This document shows, piece by piece, positions 30,006-39,349 of a DNA stretch of 64,000 nucleotides. This DNA is from Minisyncoccota bacterium (GTDB lineage: Bacteria > Patescibacteriota > Minisyncoccia > Phycocordibacterales > DSPV01), in assembly GCA_041662545.1 (NCBI GenBank), contig JBAZSH010000004.1, forward strand, positions 1,803-65,802. The letters are read 5' to 3'. A model generated the notes under the pieces. That model was not told the origin of the DNA. It worked only from the letters and a program-made list of their open reading frames with translations, and searched no databases. A program made the position numbers and the translations under genes. Positions within the stretch are counted from its first letter, which is position 1. Each line of letters begins with the position of its first letter.

Positions 30006-31491
30006 CACAATAAAATTTTTGCTGATAATATTTTTTTTGGTACTGATGCCACGATTGGTTTTGCCTGCCCGCCATTGCCAAGCTCAGGCTTTGGCAGGCG
30101 GGGCAGTAGTGGAAATTAGTGAGATTATGTATGATCCAAAAGACACTGACACCAATGCTGGCGGGGAATGGATTGAAATTCACAACACTGATTCTCAAAT
30201 TATTGACTTAACTCAATGGATTTTTTTTGATAATGATACCAATCACAAAATCACTGCCGACAATAGTATCGAAGTGCCAGCTGGTGGCTACGCTGTGATT
30301 TCTAGCAATCTGGAATATTTCAAAAGTTTTTTCGCCAATTATTCCGGGCTTTTGTTTAAGACCTCGTTTTCATTAAACGATGGGGAACCTCTGGCGATAA
30401 AAAGTAATAAGGATGCGGCACCTTCAGATTCAGTAACTTATTCTTCCGACTGGGGGGCCAAAAATGACGGCAATTCTTTGCAAAAAATTAGTGGTCAATG
30501 GAAAGTCGGAGCACCGACACCTGGTGTTGCCAATGTTGCCAGTTCAAACACCTCCAACGACAATCCGCCGACCGATACGCCAACCGGAGAACAAAGCTCC
30601 AACACTAGCCAAACCTCTTCAACCGGCGCCGGCGAAAAACCACCGGAAATGAAAATAGAAATCGTTGCCAATAAAACGGTGGTGGTTGGCGCAGACGCCT
30701 TGTTAGCTGGCAAAGCCTTGGGCGCCGATGGCAAGCCCTTGGATAATGTTCGTTTTCTTTGGAATTTTGGCGATGGCGAAACAAGAGAAGGACAAAATGT
30801 TTTGCATCGTTTTCGTTTCCCCAGCGAATATATTGTTACTTTGGATATCGCCTACGGCAAATGGAGCTCAACGGCTCGCGCTACAATCACAGCCGTCAAA
30901 TCACCATTAACCATATCGCGGATAGAAGAAGGTCCAGCTGGTTTTGTAGAAATTGCCAATGGCGGCAACACTGAATTAGATTTGTTCGGTTGGTATTTAA
31001 AATCTGGAAATACTTCTTTTTTAATTCCAAAAAACACCATCATCGGCGGGGGCAAAAAAATAATTTTTCCCAGTGAAGTGACGAAACTTGATGCTGTCAA
31101 TGTTCTACTTTTATACCCCAATGGAGTAACGGCCGTTGGTTATGAAAAACCCGCTCCAGATCCTGCTCCGCCTCCAGAAAAAATTATTGAAACGAAAATA
31201 ATAACACCGCCTGCGAAACCGGTGAGTTTCCCCGAGTCAGACTCGGGAAATTCGCAGGTCAAACCTGCGAAAACAGAAATAAAAGAAGAAATAGCGGCGG
31301 TTTACAAAGCGGTAGAGGGTGCAGAAATAACAAAGATTGCAGAAGCGACACCAGAAAATAGCGGCGGTTTGGGAATTTGGCTTCTTGCCTTAGGTGGCTT
31401 AATTGTGTTATCACTGGGGGCACTTGCTTTCACCAAACATAAGCCGAGCTTGATTCCAAACGAGACAGAAGAATACAAAATTATTGAATAA
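29992..31491 (+). CDS. Lamin-tail domain plus PKD surface protein with C-terminal TM
   Basis: ISEIMYDP...EWIEIHN, WNFGDG, second LTD-like FVEIAN..LDLFGWYL. Confidence 0.85.
   Translation: MRKSNTIKFLLIIFFLVLMPRLVLPARHCQAQALAGGAVVEISEIMYDPKDTDTNAGGEWIEIHNTDSQIIDLTQWIFFDNDTNHKITADNSIEVPAGGYAVISSNLEYFKSFFANYSGLLFKTSFSLNDGEPLAIKSNKDAAPSDSVTYSSDWGAKNDGNSLQKISGQWKVGAPTPGVANVASSNTSNDNPPTDTPTGEQSSNTSQTSSTGAGEKPPEMKIEIVANKTVVVGADALLAGKALGADGKPLDNVRFLWNFGDGETREGQNVLHRFRFPSEYIVTLDIAYGKWSSTARATITAVKSPLTISRIEEGPAGFVEIANGGNTELDLFGWYLKSGNTSFLIPKNTIIGGGKKIIFPSEVTKLDAVNVLLLYPNGVTAVGYEKPAPDPAPPPEKIIETKIITPPAKPVSFPESDSGNSQVKPAKTEIKEEIAAVYKAVEGAEITKIAEATPENSGGLGIWLLALGGLIVLSLGALAFTKHKPSLIPNETEEYKIIE
31227..31271. 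repeat. REP-like palindromes in frame in the lamin-tail gene; second unit matches the RAYT-flanking REP
   Basis: cccgagtcAgactcggg followed by ttcgcaggtcaaacctgcgaa, identical to 57333-57353. Confidence 0.85.
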
Positions 31492-31494
31492 AAA

Positions 31495-32625
31495 ATGGCA
31501 AAAAAAATCCTAATTTTCTCTGTCGCTTATCGGCCATTTATCGGCGGAGCGGAAGTGGCGATAGAAGAAATCACCAAACGATTGGCGAGTGATTTTTCTT
31601 TTGACTTAATCACGGTTAATTTGGACGGCCGCCAAAAACGCGAGGAAAATATTGGTAATGTTAATATCTTCAGAGTCGGCTCCAGCGCTCTGGGTAAATT
31701 TTTGTTTCCGTTTAGGGCGCTTTTGGCGGCAGGCAAACTTCACCGACAAAATCATTACGACAGCACTTGGGCAATTATGGCCAATTATGCCGGCTTTGCC
31801 GCTTTATTTTTCAAAATTTTTCATCCAGCTGTGCCTTTTGTTCTAACTTTACAAGAAGGCGACCCGATTCCAGAAATCAGGCGCAAGGTTTGGTTCGTTT
31901 GGCCGATTTTTAAAATGATTTTCCAACGCGCCGATAAGGTAACGGCAATTTCCAATTATCTGGCACAATGGGGTAAAACAATGGGCGCGAAAAATGTGGA
32001 AGTAATACCGAACGGGGTAGATATAGAGAAGTTTAATCCCGATTTTGCGACGCAAAATCGAGGAAATAAAATCCTGATAACTACCTCGCGGCTGGTGAAA
32101 AAGAATGGGGTGGGAGATATTATTGAGGCCTTAAAACTTTTGCCAGAAAATTTAAAACTGATAATTGTCGGTTCTGGCGAATTGGAGAAAAGTTTAAAGT
32201 TTAAAGTCAAAAGTCTAAAGTTGGAAGAGAGAGTAAGATTTCTAGGTTTTGTAGAACCTGAAAAAATTCCCGAATATCTCTGGACTTCTGATATTTTTAT
32301 CCGCCCTTCACTATCCGAGGGTTTGGGTAATTCGTTCATTGAAGCGATGACAGCTGGTTTACCGATTATTGGCACATCAGTTGGCGGTATTCCGGATTTT
32401 CTTTTTCCTCCCGAAAGGTCAGACCTTAAATCTGGAGAAAGGTCTGACCTTATTCCCACAGGGCTCTTCTGCGAACCAAACAATCCCCAAAGCATTGCCG
32501 AAAAAGTGAAATTACTTTTGGCTGATAATTCACTCCGGCAAAAAATTATCGCCAATGGCCAAAAATTGGTTGCTGAAAAATATGATTGGAATCTTATCGC
32601 CAACCAAATGCGCCAGGTGTTGTAA
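31495..32625 (+). CDS. Glycosyltransferase family 4
   Basis: GGAE, VIPNGVD, SRLVKKNG, PSLSEGLGNSFIEAM..GLPII. Confidence 0.92.
   Translation: MAKKILIFSVAYRPFIGGAEVAIEEITKRLASDFSFDLITVNLDGRQKREENIGNVNIFRVGSSALGKFLFPFRALLAAGKLHRQNHYDSTWAIMANYAGFAALFFKIFHPAVPFVLTLQEGDPIPEIRRKVWFVWPIFKMIFQRADKVTAISNYLAQWGKTMGAKNVEVIPNGVDIEKFNPDFATQNRGNKILITTSRLVKKNGVGDIIEALKLLPENLKLIIVGSGELEKSLKFKVKSLKLEERVRFLGFVEPEKIPEYLWTSDIFIRPSLSEGLGNSFIEAMTAGLPIIGTSVGGIPDFLFPPERSDLKSGERSDLIPTGLFCEPNNPQSIAEKVKLLLADNSLRQKIIANGQKLVAEKYDWNLIANQMRQVL
32415..32451. repeat. REP-like doublet inside GT4 gene, encodes RSDLKSGERSDL
   Basis: aaggtcagacctt-aaatctggaga-aaggtctgacctt. Confidence 0.88.
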
Positions 32626-32688
32626 CCAGTTAAATAGAGCCGTATTTTGGCATATTTTGACATTGGATAAAAGAAAATTAAAATAGGG

Positions 32689-32717
32689 TTGACAGAAATA
32701 CTTATCTATGCTAACCT
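32689..32717 (+). promoter_or_regulatory. Sigma70-type promoter
   Basis: TTGACA-17 bp-TAACCT with extended TG. Confidence 0.6.
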
Positions 32718-32846
32718 ATTGGCATCAATAAGCCAAAAGCTTGTTGGGTCATTAGTGAGTTCTTCTCGAACTTACATCACAGCTTCCGAATGACTCGGTC
32801 GCGTGATCCATAAAGGTAATGGGAAATCTCTTGAAAGGAGATAAAC

Positions 32847-33347
32847 ATGAGAAATCCAGACCCCCAGTACATCGTCAACCTCATCAACAACTTCGTCGGC
32901 CAAGCCCAAATTGGTCGGCTCACTAACTATCCAGACAAATACACAAGTGTGTGGAGTCTGTACCCAGTGATCGGGTGCACAATCGAAGCTCGGCTGAAGT
33001 CGTCGAATGCGGAAACGCTCGGACGAATCATCGAGTACAGCGATTGGAACGTCTGGGTGGGAAAACCGCGTCTTGAGCGGAAGCAATGCATGGGAACAGT
33101 TGTGAATGACCTGAAAACAGGTTTTCCAACTCCGTTGTTCCCCCTGCTTCCCAACGGACTCTGCCACGGGCTCTGCGGTCGCGAGTTGCTTGAAAGAGCA
33201 GCGCTTGTCACCATCCTGATGATCATCGTGGATATGATTCAACAGGAATGGTACAAGATGGACCGAGAACTTGAAGCCGACGAGAAGGAGCAGGAGCATC
33301 GGCGTCAGTACCATCGCTACCAGGCCGGCCAAGATTATGTGGCCTGA
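32847..33347 (+). CDS. Hypothetical protein, stand-alone cassette
   Basis: AAGGAG RBS, upstream promoter, hairpin terminator at 33368-33399. Confidence 0.6.
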   Translation: MRNPDPQYIVNLINNFVGQAQIGRLTNYPDKYTSVWSLYPVIGCTIEARLKSSNAETLGRIIEYSDWNVWVGKPRLERKQCMGTVVNDLKTGFPTPLFPLLPNGLCHGLCGRELLERAALVTILMIIVDMIQQEWYKMDRELEADEKEQEHRRQYHRYQAGQDYVA

Positions 33348-33411
33348 CCACTTTCATCCACACAACAAGCCCAACACTCCGGTGTCGGGCTTTTCTTTTA
33401 CTTTGAGCGTA

Positions 33412-33562
33412 GCCCTCGCCTTTGAGGATAGCCCGGAGGCGAGCTTGCTTGGTACGATGTGGCGTAATTTTGTTTTAGAAAATTATGCCACAGCGGAAGC
33501 CGCCGAGGATTAAGGAAACCGGCCGCAGGAGCCGGTTTCCGCTATCCGAAAAGGCGAAGGGC
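33412..33562. other. ~150-nt multi-stem structured intergenic element
   Basis: Outer arms 33412-33432 / 33541-33562; inner hairpins tgtggcgtaattt/aaattatgccaca and ggaaaccggc/gccggtttcc. Confidence 0.7.
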
Positions 33563-33606
33563 GAGCGATGGTTGCCTTTTTGGAGAATTCCCGTATAATG
33601 CCTTTT

Positions 33607-34338
33607 ATGATTTTATTGAAGGCAAAAAAGCGCGAGCCGAAGGTAAGTTTGGCTAAAATGAGAAAAAGCGGCGAATTGCCAGCGGTTTTTTATGGCAAAA
33701 AAGAAAAAACCACATCAATCAGCGTGGCTCTTAAGGATTTTGTCAAGGTTTGGGAAGAAGCCGGCGAGAGCTCGGTGGTTAGTTTGAAAATTGAAGGCAG
33801 CGAAGATTTGGAGGCGTTGATTCAAGATGTGGATTCTGATCCTGTTCGTTCCACCCCCCGCCATGCCGATTTTTATGTTTTTGAAAAAGGTAAAAAACTA
33901 CAAATCAAAACCCCGATTGAATTTACCGGCGTTTCGCCGGCAGTTAAAGATTTGGGTGCGGTTTTGTTAAAAGTTTTGCACGAACTTTCCATTGAAGCCC
34001 TACCAAAAGACCTGCCTAAGAAAATTGAAGTGGACATCAGCACACTTAAAAATTTCGGCGACACCATCGTGGCTAAAGATCTCAAATTGCCAGCCGGCGT
34101 TTCGTTGGAAGAAAATCCGGAAGAAGTAGTTGCTTCCGTTTTTGAACCGAAAGAAGAAAAAGAAGAAGAAATACCGACTCCTGATTTGTCTGCAATTGAA
34201 GTAGAAAAGAAAGGCAAGGAGGCCAAAGAAGGTGAAGGAGTTGAGCCCGCCGCCGCCCCGTCAGAACAGGGCTCTGGCGTGGCAAAGCCTGCTGCCGGCA
34301 AAGAAACAAAAGTTGGCAAGGAACCAAAAGGGAAATGA
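33607..34338 (+). CDS. rplY: 50S ribosomal protein L25 (Ctc form)
   Basis: LPAVFYG, HADFY, PIEFTG.SPAVK, LPKDLP..IEVDIS; TTGCCT/TATAAT promoter at 33572-33599 favours start 33607. Confidence 0.92.
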   Translation: MILLKAKKREPKVSLAKMRKSGELPAVFYGKKEKTTSISVALKDFVKVWEEAGESSVVSLKIEGSEDLEALIQDVDSDPVRSTPRHADFYVFEKGKKLQIKTPIEFTGVSPAVKDLGAVLLKVLHELSIEALPKDLPKKIEVDISTLKNFGDTIVAKDLKLPAGVSLEENPEEVVASVFEPKEEKEEEIPTPDLSAIEVEKKGKEAKEGEGVEPAAAPSEQGSGVAKPAAGKETKVGKEPKGK

Positions 34339-35630
34339 AGTTCTTATTAAAAAACTCTTTCGTTATTGTCAGCTTTCTCTTGCTGACTAGTTTTGCTTTC
34401 GCCCAAAATATTTCCGAGGTGGTGACCAACCGCCGAGCAGAGTTAGAAAGTCAACTGGTTGGTTTGCAAAAAGAAATTGACGCCCAGCAACAAATTTTAA
34501 AAGACAAACAGCGCGAAAGCGTTTCTTTAGAGCGAGACATCGCCATCTTAACCGCCAAAATTGACTCCGCCAAACTTTCCATCCGAGCCCGAGCTTTGGA
34601 AATAGAAAAACTGAATCAGGATATCAACGGCAAGGAAAAAACCATCACCAACCTATCGGCAAAAATTGACCGTGAGTTGGCTTCATTGGCGGACCTGCTT
34701 CGCAAAACCCGCGAATTGGATAATTTCTCCATCGCTGAATTTGCCCTAAGCGGTAATGACCTCTCAGCTTTTTTCGGCGATTTGGACACCTTCCAAACCA
34801 TTAAGGCGTCACTGGCGCAATCCTTTGACACCTTGCGTTCCACCAAAACAACCACCGAGGGAGAAAAAAATTCACTGGAAGGTAAAGTCAAAGAAGAAAC
34901 CGACCTAAAAAAAATCCAGGAATTGGAACGAAAAAAAATAGAACAACGGGAAGCGGAGAAAAAAGAAATTTTGAAAGTTTCTCGTGGCGTAGAATCGGTC
35001 TATCAGCAGATAATCAAAGATAAAGAAAAAACCGCTGCCCAAATCAGAGCAGAATTATTCGCCTTGCGTGGATCGGCGGCAATTCCTTTTGAAAAAGCTT
35101 ATGAATACGCAGCTCATGTTTCGCAAAAGACCGGCGTTCGGGCAGCATTAATTCTTGGAATCATCGCCGAAGAATCCAATCTCGGTGAAAATGTCGGCAC
35201 GGGCAATTGGAAAGTAGATATGAAAGCGCCACGCGATACTGTGCCATTTTTGGACATTACCTCTCGACTTGGCTTAAACCCAGACGCTATGCCAGTTTCT
35301 AAAAAACCCTGGTATGGTTATGGAGGGGCTATGGGGCCAGCACAATTTATTCCTTCCACTTGGATTTTATATGAAGACCGCATCGCCTCGGCGACTGGCC
35401 ATAATCCTCCCAATCCTTGGTTGCCGGAGGACGCTTTTATGGCCACGGGTTTACTGATGGCGGATAATGGCGCCGATAAAAAAACTTATGCCGCCGAACG
35501 CCTTGCCGCTCTTCGTTATCTTGCTGGTTGGACAAATGCCACCAAATCGGCTTACGCTTTTTATGGTAATGATGTGATGGACCTAGCCGACAAATACCAA
35601 CGCCAAATTGACATTCTGAATGCGAATTGA
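34335..35630 (+). CDS. Secreted coiled-coil lytic murein transglycosylase
   Basis: Signal peptide, long coiled coil, EESNLG, GGAMGPAQFIPSTW. Confidence 0.88.
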   Translation: MKFLLKNSFVIVSFLLLTSFAFAQNISEVVTNRRAELESQLVGLQKEIDAQQQILKDKQRESVSLERDIAILTAKIDSAKLSIRARALEIEKLNQDINGKEKTITNLSAKIDRELASLADLLRKTRELDNFSIAEFALSGNDLSAFFGDLDTFQTIKASLAQSFDTLRSTKTTTEGEKNSLEGKVKEETDLKKIQELERKKIEQREAEKKEILKVSRGVESVYQQIIKDKEKTAAQIRAELFALRGSAAIPFEKAYEYAAHVSQKTGVRAALILGIIAEESNLGENVGTGNWKVDMKAPRDTVPFLDITSRLGLNPDAMPVSKKPWYGYGGAMGPAQFIPSTWILYEDRIASATGHNPPNPWLPEDAFMATGLLMADNGADKKTYAAERLAALRYLAGWTNATKSAYAFYGNDVMDLADKYQRQIDILNAN

Positions 35631-35642
35631 TAATGTGTTTTT

Positions 35643-35873
35643 ATGAAAAAAGAGATTCATCCAAAATATTTTGATAAAGCCGAAGTGACTTGCGCTTGTG
35701 GCAATAAGTTCACCGTTGGCTCCACTATGGAAAAAATTCATGTGGAAATTTGTAGCGCCTGCCATCCATTCTATACTGGTGGCGATAAAAGCATTGACGC
35801 GGCTGGCCGAGTCCATAAATTCAAAGCCAGACAGGCGAAAGCGGTTTCAAAAAAACCGAAAGCCAAATCTTAA
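35643..35873 (+). CDS. rpmE: 50S ribosomal protein L31
   Basis: [27 protein letters not shown]. Confidence 0.96.
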   Translation: MKKEIHPKYFDKAEVTCACGNKFTVGSTMEKIHVEICSACHPFYTGGDKSIDAAGRVHKFKARQAKAVSKKPKAKS

Positions 35874-36812
35874 ATGGACTACAAAACCAATCCCAAAACG
35901 GCTTATCTTGCCGAGACCTTAGACAAACTCGCTAAAGAAGAAGAGGAAGTTTTAGCATTGGCAAAAACTGATAAAGGAATGGGCGACCTGGCAACAGAAG
36001 AATTAAAAAATATCCAAATCCAAAAAGAAGCACTTGAAAAACAAATTGCCGAAATTGTTGCCGTTGAAAAAACTGAGGAAGAATTCCCAAACGAAATGAT
36101 TATGGAAATCCGAGCCGGCGTCGGTGGGGAAGAGGCGGCATTGTTCGCCGAAGAATTGGCAATAATGTATCAAAAATTCGCCGCCAAAAATAATTGGCAA
36201 TGGACACCGGTTTACAAATCAGAAAGCGCCTTAGGTGGTTTTAAAGAGGCAGTCTTTGAAATTCGTGGCAAAGACACTTTCAAAAATTTACGCTGGGAAA
36301 CCGGCGTCCATCGCATTCAACGGGTGCCAGCAACGGAAAAAACTGGCCGGGTCCACACTTCTACTGCTTCAGTGGCGGTCTTGCCATTGCGAAAAAAAAA
36401 TAATTTTTCTATCAATCCTGCTGATTTGGAAATGGAATTTTCCCGAGCCGGTGGTAAAGGTGGCCAAAATGTCAACAAAGTGGAGACCGCTGTTCGCTTA
36501 ATTCACAAACCGACTGGCCTTGATGTGCGTTCCACTTCGGAAAGAAGTCAAGCGCGAAACCGCGAAAAAGCATTGGTAATTTTATCGGCTAAACTGGAAA
36601 ACTTAAAGGAAAGGGAAGATGCGGCAAAATTTGCCAAAAACCGCAAAGACCAAATCGGCACGGCTGACCGCTCGGAAAAAATTCGCACCTATAATGTCCT
36701 TCAGGATCGCGTTACCGACCACCGCCTAAAAGAAAGCTGGCACAACATTGCAGCAATTTTAAACGGTGGCTTAGAATCAATCGTAGAACAACTTGCCGCT
36801 TCGCTAGCTTAA
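35874..36812 (+). CDS. prfA: Peptide chain release factor 1
   Basis: [23 protein letters not shown] (PxT), [16 protein letters not shown]. Confidence 0.94.
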   Translation: MDYKTNPKTAYLAETLDKLAKEEEEVLALAKTDKGMGDLATEELKNIQIQKEALEKQIAEIVAVEKTEEEFPNEMIMEIRAGVGGEEAALFAEELAIMYQKFAAKNNWQWTPVYKSESALGGFKEAVFEIRGKDTFKNLRWETGVHRIQRVPATEKTGRVHTSTASVAVLPLRKKNNFSINPADLEMEFSRAGGKGGQNVNKVETAVRLIHKPTGLDVRSTSERSQARNREKALVILSAKLENLKEREDAAKFAKNRKDQIGTADRSEKIRTYNVLQDRVTDHRLKESWHNIAAILNGGLESIVEQLAASLA

Positions 36813-36829
36813 TGTTAAACTGCTCGACT

Positions 36830-37561
36830 ATGAAGCCAGTAAAAGAAAAATCAGTAAAAATAAACGACCCGCTAATTGAAGCGATGTTTGAGGCCGGCGC
36901 TCATTTCGCCTTGTCCAAAACCCGTCGTCACCCTTCGGCCAAACCCTATATTTTCGGCGCTAAAAACACGGTAGAAATTTTTGACTTGGAGAAAACCAAA
37001 ACCTGTTTAGAAAATGTTAAAAATTTTATATCGGAAATGGCCAGTCGGGGTGAAATGCTCCTGTTGGTCAGTGGTAAATTTGAGGCGAGAGACGCCATAA
37101 AAAATGCTGCCAGCTCAATCGGCCAACCGTTTGTCGCCGGCCGCTGGATTGGTGGTGCAATCACAAACTTTGGTGAAATCCGCAAAAGAGTGGATAAACT
37201 TTTGGAAATGAGAACCAAAAGAGCAAGTGGTGAATTCGCTAAATACACAAAAAAAGAACAATTGCTTTTGGACAGAGAATTAGATGATCTAGAGAAACTT
37301 TTTGGTGGTTTGACCACAATGACTACCATACCTAAAGCGGTGTTCGTTGTTGATCCAGCCAAAGAAAAGACCGTCGTAGCTGAAGCCCATCGTAAAAAAA
37401 TCCCCGTGGTTGCTCTAGCAAATTCCGACTGCGACTTCTCCGAAATTGATTATCCCATTCCCGCCAATGATAGTTCCATCAAAAGTGTCTCGTTTTTTGT
37501 CAATGAAATTGCTAACGCCTATAGGCAAGGAAAAAACAAAAAAACTGATGCCAATAACTAA
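36830..37561 (+). CDS. rpsB: 30S ribosomal protein S2
   Basis: MFEAGAHF, RWIGGAITNF, PIPANDSS. Confidence 0.95.
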   Translation: MKPVKEKSVKINDPLIEAMFEAGAHFALSKTRRHPSAKPYIFGAKNTVEIFDLEKTKTCLENVKNFISEMASRGEMLLLVSGKFEARDAIKNAASSIGQPFVAGRWIGGAITNFGEIRKRVDKLLEMRTKRASGEFAKYTKKEQLLLDRELDDLEKLFGGLTTMTTIPKAVFVVDPAKEKTVVAEAHRKKIPVVALANSDCDFSEIDYPIPANDSSIKSVSFFVNEIANAYRQGKNKKTDANN

Positions 37562-38132
37562 TGAACAAATAAAAAACCTGCGCGACACGACTGGTGTTTC
37601 GGTAATGCAATGTAAAAAAGCGCTGGAAGAGGCTAAGGGCGACGACGAAAAAGCCCTATTGATTCTCCGCAAAAAAAGTGGAGACATCGCCGCTAAAAAG
37701 AAAGATCGCACCCTAGGCGCTGGTGCCGTAGCCGCTTATGTTCACAATAATGCCGCCGTCGGAGCAATGGTAGAATTGCTTTCGGAAACCGATTTCGTTT
37801 CCAATAATGAAGAATTTCGAAAAATCGCTTACGATATTGCCATGCACATAACTGCCTCTAATCCAGAATTCTTGAAACGCGCCGATGTGCCTGAAAGCGA
37901 ACTTAAAAAAGTGGAGGAATTGTTTGCTGATGAAATCAAAGACAAACCAACAGCAATCCACAGCAAAATTCTGGAAGGTAAATTAAACGCCCACTTTAAA
38001 GAACGGGTGTTATTGGAACAGTCATTCATTAAAAATCAGGACATAACAATCCAAGAATTAATTGATGCGGCAATCCAAAAATTTGGCGAAAAAATAGCAA
38101 TTGGCCGTTTTGCCCGATTTTCGGTAAAATAA
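37548..38132 (+). CDS. tsf: Elongation factor Ts (short form)
   Basis: LRDTTGVSVMQCKKAL, ETDFVS, LLEQSFIK. Confidence 0.95.
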   Translation: MPITNEQIKNLRDTTGVSVMQCKKALEEAKGDDEKALLILRKKSGDIAAKKKDRTLGAGAVAAYVHNNAAVGAMVELLSETDFVSNNEEFRKIAYDIAMHITASNPEFLKRADVPESELKKVEELFADEIKDKPTAIHSKILEGKLNAHFKERVLLEQSFIKNQDITIQELIDAAIQKFGEKIAIGRFARFSVK

Positions 38133-38138
38133 GTCAAT

Positions 38139-38534
38139 ATGATTACTATCCTAATAGTTTTCTACAGCTCTTTTGCCTTAATCGCTTTGATGGTGGCATT
38201 AAAGTTAATAGAACAAAACAGTAGTGTAAAAATATTGGCACGATTCAGCGCCACCGCCGAACCAGTCGTCAAAAAAATTGCTGACGGCACAAAACACAAT
38301 TTGACTGGCCACCTGAATATCCGCCGCCTCGGACTTTTGACTATTTTAACCCTGCGAACAATAGAGAAGTTTTTGCTCTCGGCTCAAATAAAAATCCGCC
38401 GACTAAATGAAATCTTGACAAGAAAGGTTCGTTATCACAATCTAAATAAGCCGAGGGGCACGGCCTCATTTTTCCTCAAAGACATCACTGATTACAAAAA
38501 TCATCTGCCTCACAAGGAAACTCCTGATTTTTAA
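38139..38534 (+). CDS. Hypothetical membrane-anchored protein
   Basis: N-terminal TM, C-terminal ASFFLKDITDYK. Confidence 0.7.
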   Translation: MITILIVFYSSFALIALMVALKLIEQNSSVKILARFSATAEPVVKKIADGTKHNLTGHLNIRRLGLLTILTLRTIEKFLLSAQIKIRRLNEILTRKVRYHNLNKPRGTASFFLKDITDYKNHLPHKETPDF

Positions 38535-38535
38535 T

Positions 38536-38608
38536 GCCACCTTAGCTCAGTTGGTAGAGCAACGCTTTTGTAAAGCGAAGGTCCTCGGTTCGAGTCCGAG
38601 AGGTGGCT
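38536..38608 (+). tRNA. tRNA-Thr(TGT)
   Basis: GCCACCT/AGGTGGC acceptor, anticodon loop TTTGTAA, GGTTCGAGTCC. Confidence 0.95.
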
Positions 38609-38638
38609 AACAATAAAATTTTCTGATATATTTTCTGT

Positions 38639-39340
38639 ATGGATAAAAAGCAACCGAACGGCCATATTCACCCGATTTCTGGTGCAATTTTGCAAATCAG
38701 CGAAATCTTTAACGAGCTCGGTTTTGCTGTGGCCGAAGGGCCAGAACTGGAAGACGAGTGGCATAATTTTGACGCCTTGAATGTACCAAAAGATCACCCT
38801 TCGCGCGATATGCAGGACACCTTTTGGTTAAAGGATGGGGGATTGCTTCGCACTCACACAAGCCCGGTACAAATCCGCTATATGGAACAAAAAATCAAAG
38901 AGGGTATAAAGCCACCCTATCGCATCATCGTGCCCGGTAAAGTTTTCCGCAATGAAGCCACCGACGCCACTCACGAAGCCCAATTCTTTCAATGCGAGGG
39001 ATTATATGTTGACAAGGAAGTATCGCTGGCGCAACTCAAATGGACTCTGCTTTATTTTTTCAAAAAATATCTTGGCCAAAACGCGGAAATTAGATTACGG
39101 CCAAGTTTTTTTCCTTTCACCGAACCGTCGGTAGAAGTGGATGTGAAATACGGCGACAAATGGTTAGAGATGGCTGGCGCTGGTTTAGTTCATCCAAATG
39201 TTTTCAAGTCGGTCGGCTTGGAAGGTTATACCGGTTTCGCTTTTGGCAGCACTATTGACCGATTGATTATGGTCAAATATGGTGTCCCCGACATCCGCCA
39301 GCTTTACTCCGGTGATTTGCGATTAGTAAATCAGTTTTAG
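38639..39340 (+). CDS. pheS: Phenylalanine--tRNA ligase alpha subunit (lacks N-terminal coiled coil)
   Basis: GHIHP, NFDALN.P.DHPSRDMQDTF, LRTHTS, FFPFTEPS. Confidence 0.95.
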   Translation: MDKKQPNGHIHPISGAILQISEIFNELGFAVAEGPELEDEWHNFDALNVPKDHPSRDMQDTFWLKDGGLLRTHTSPVQIRYMEQKIKEGIKPPYRIIVPGKVFRNEATDATHEAQFFQCEGLYVDKEVSLAQLKWTLLYFFKKYLGQNAEIRLRPSFFPFTEPSVEVDVKYGDKWLEMAGAGLVHPNVFKSVGLEGYTGFAFGSTIDRLIMVKYGVPDIRQLYSGDLRLVNQF

Positions 39341-39349
39341 AATAAATCT

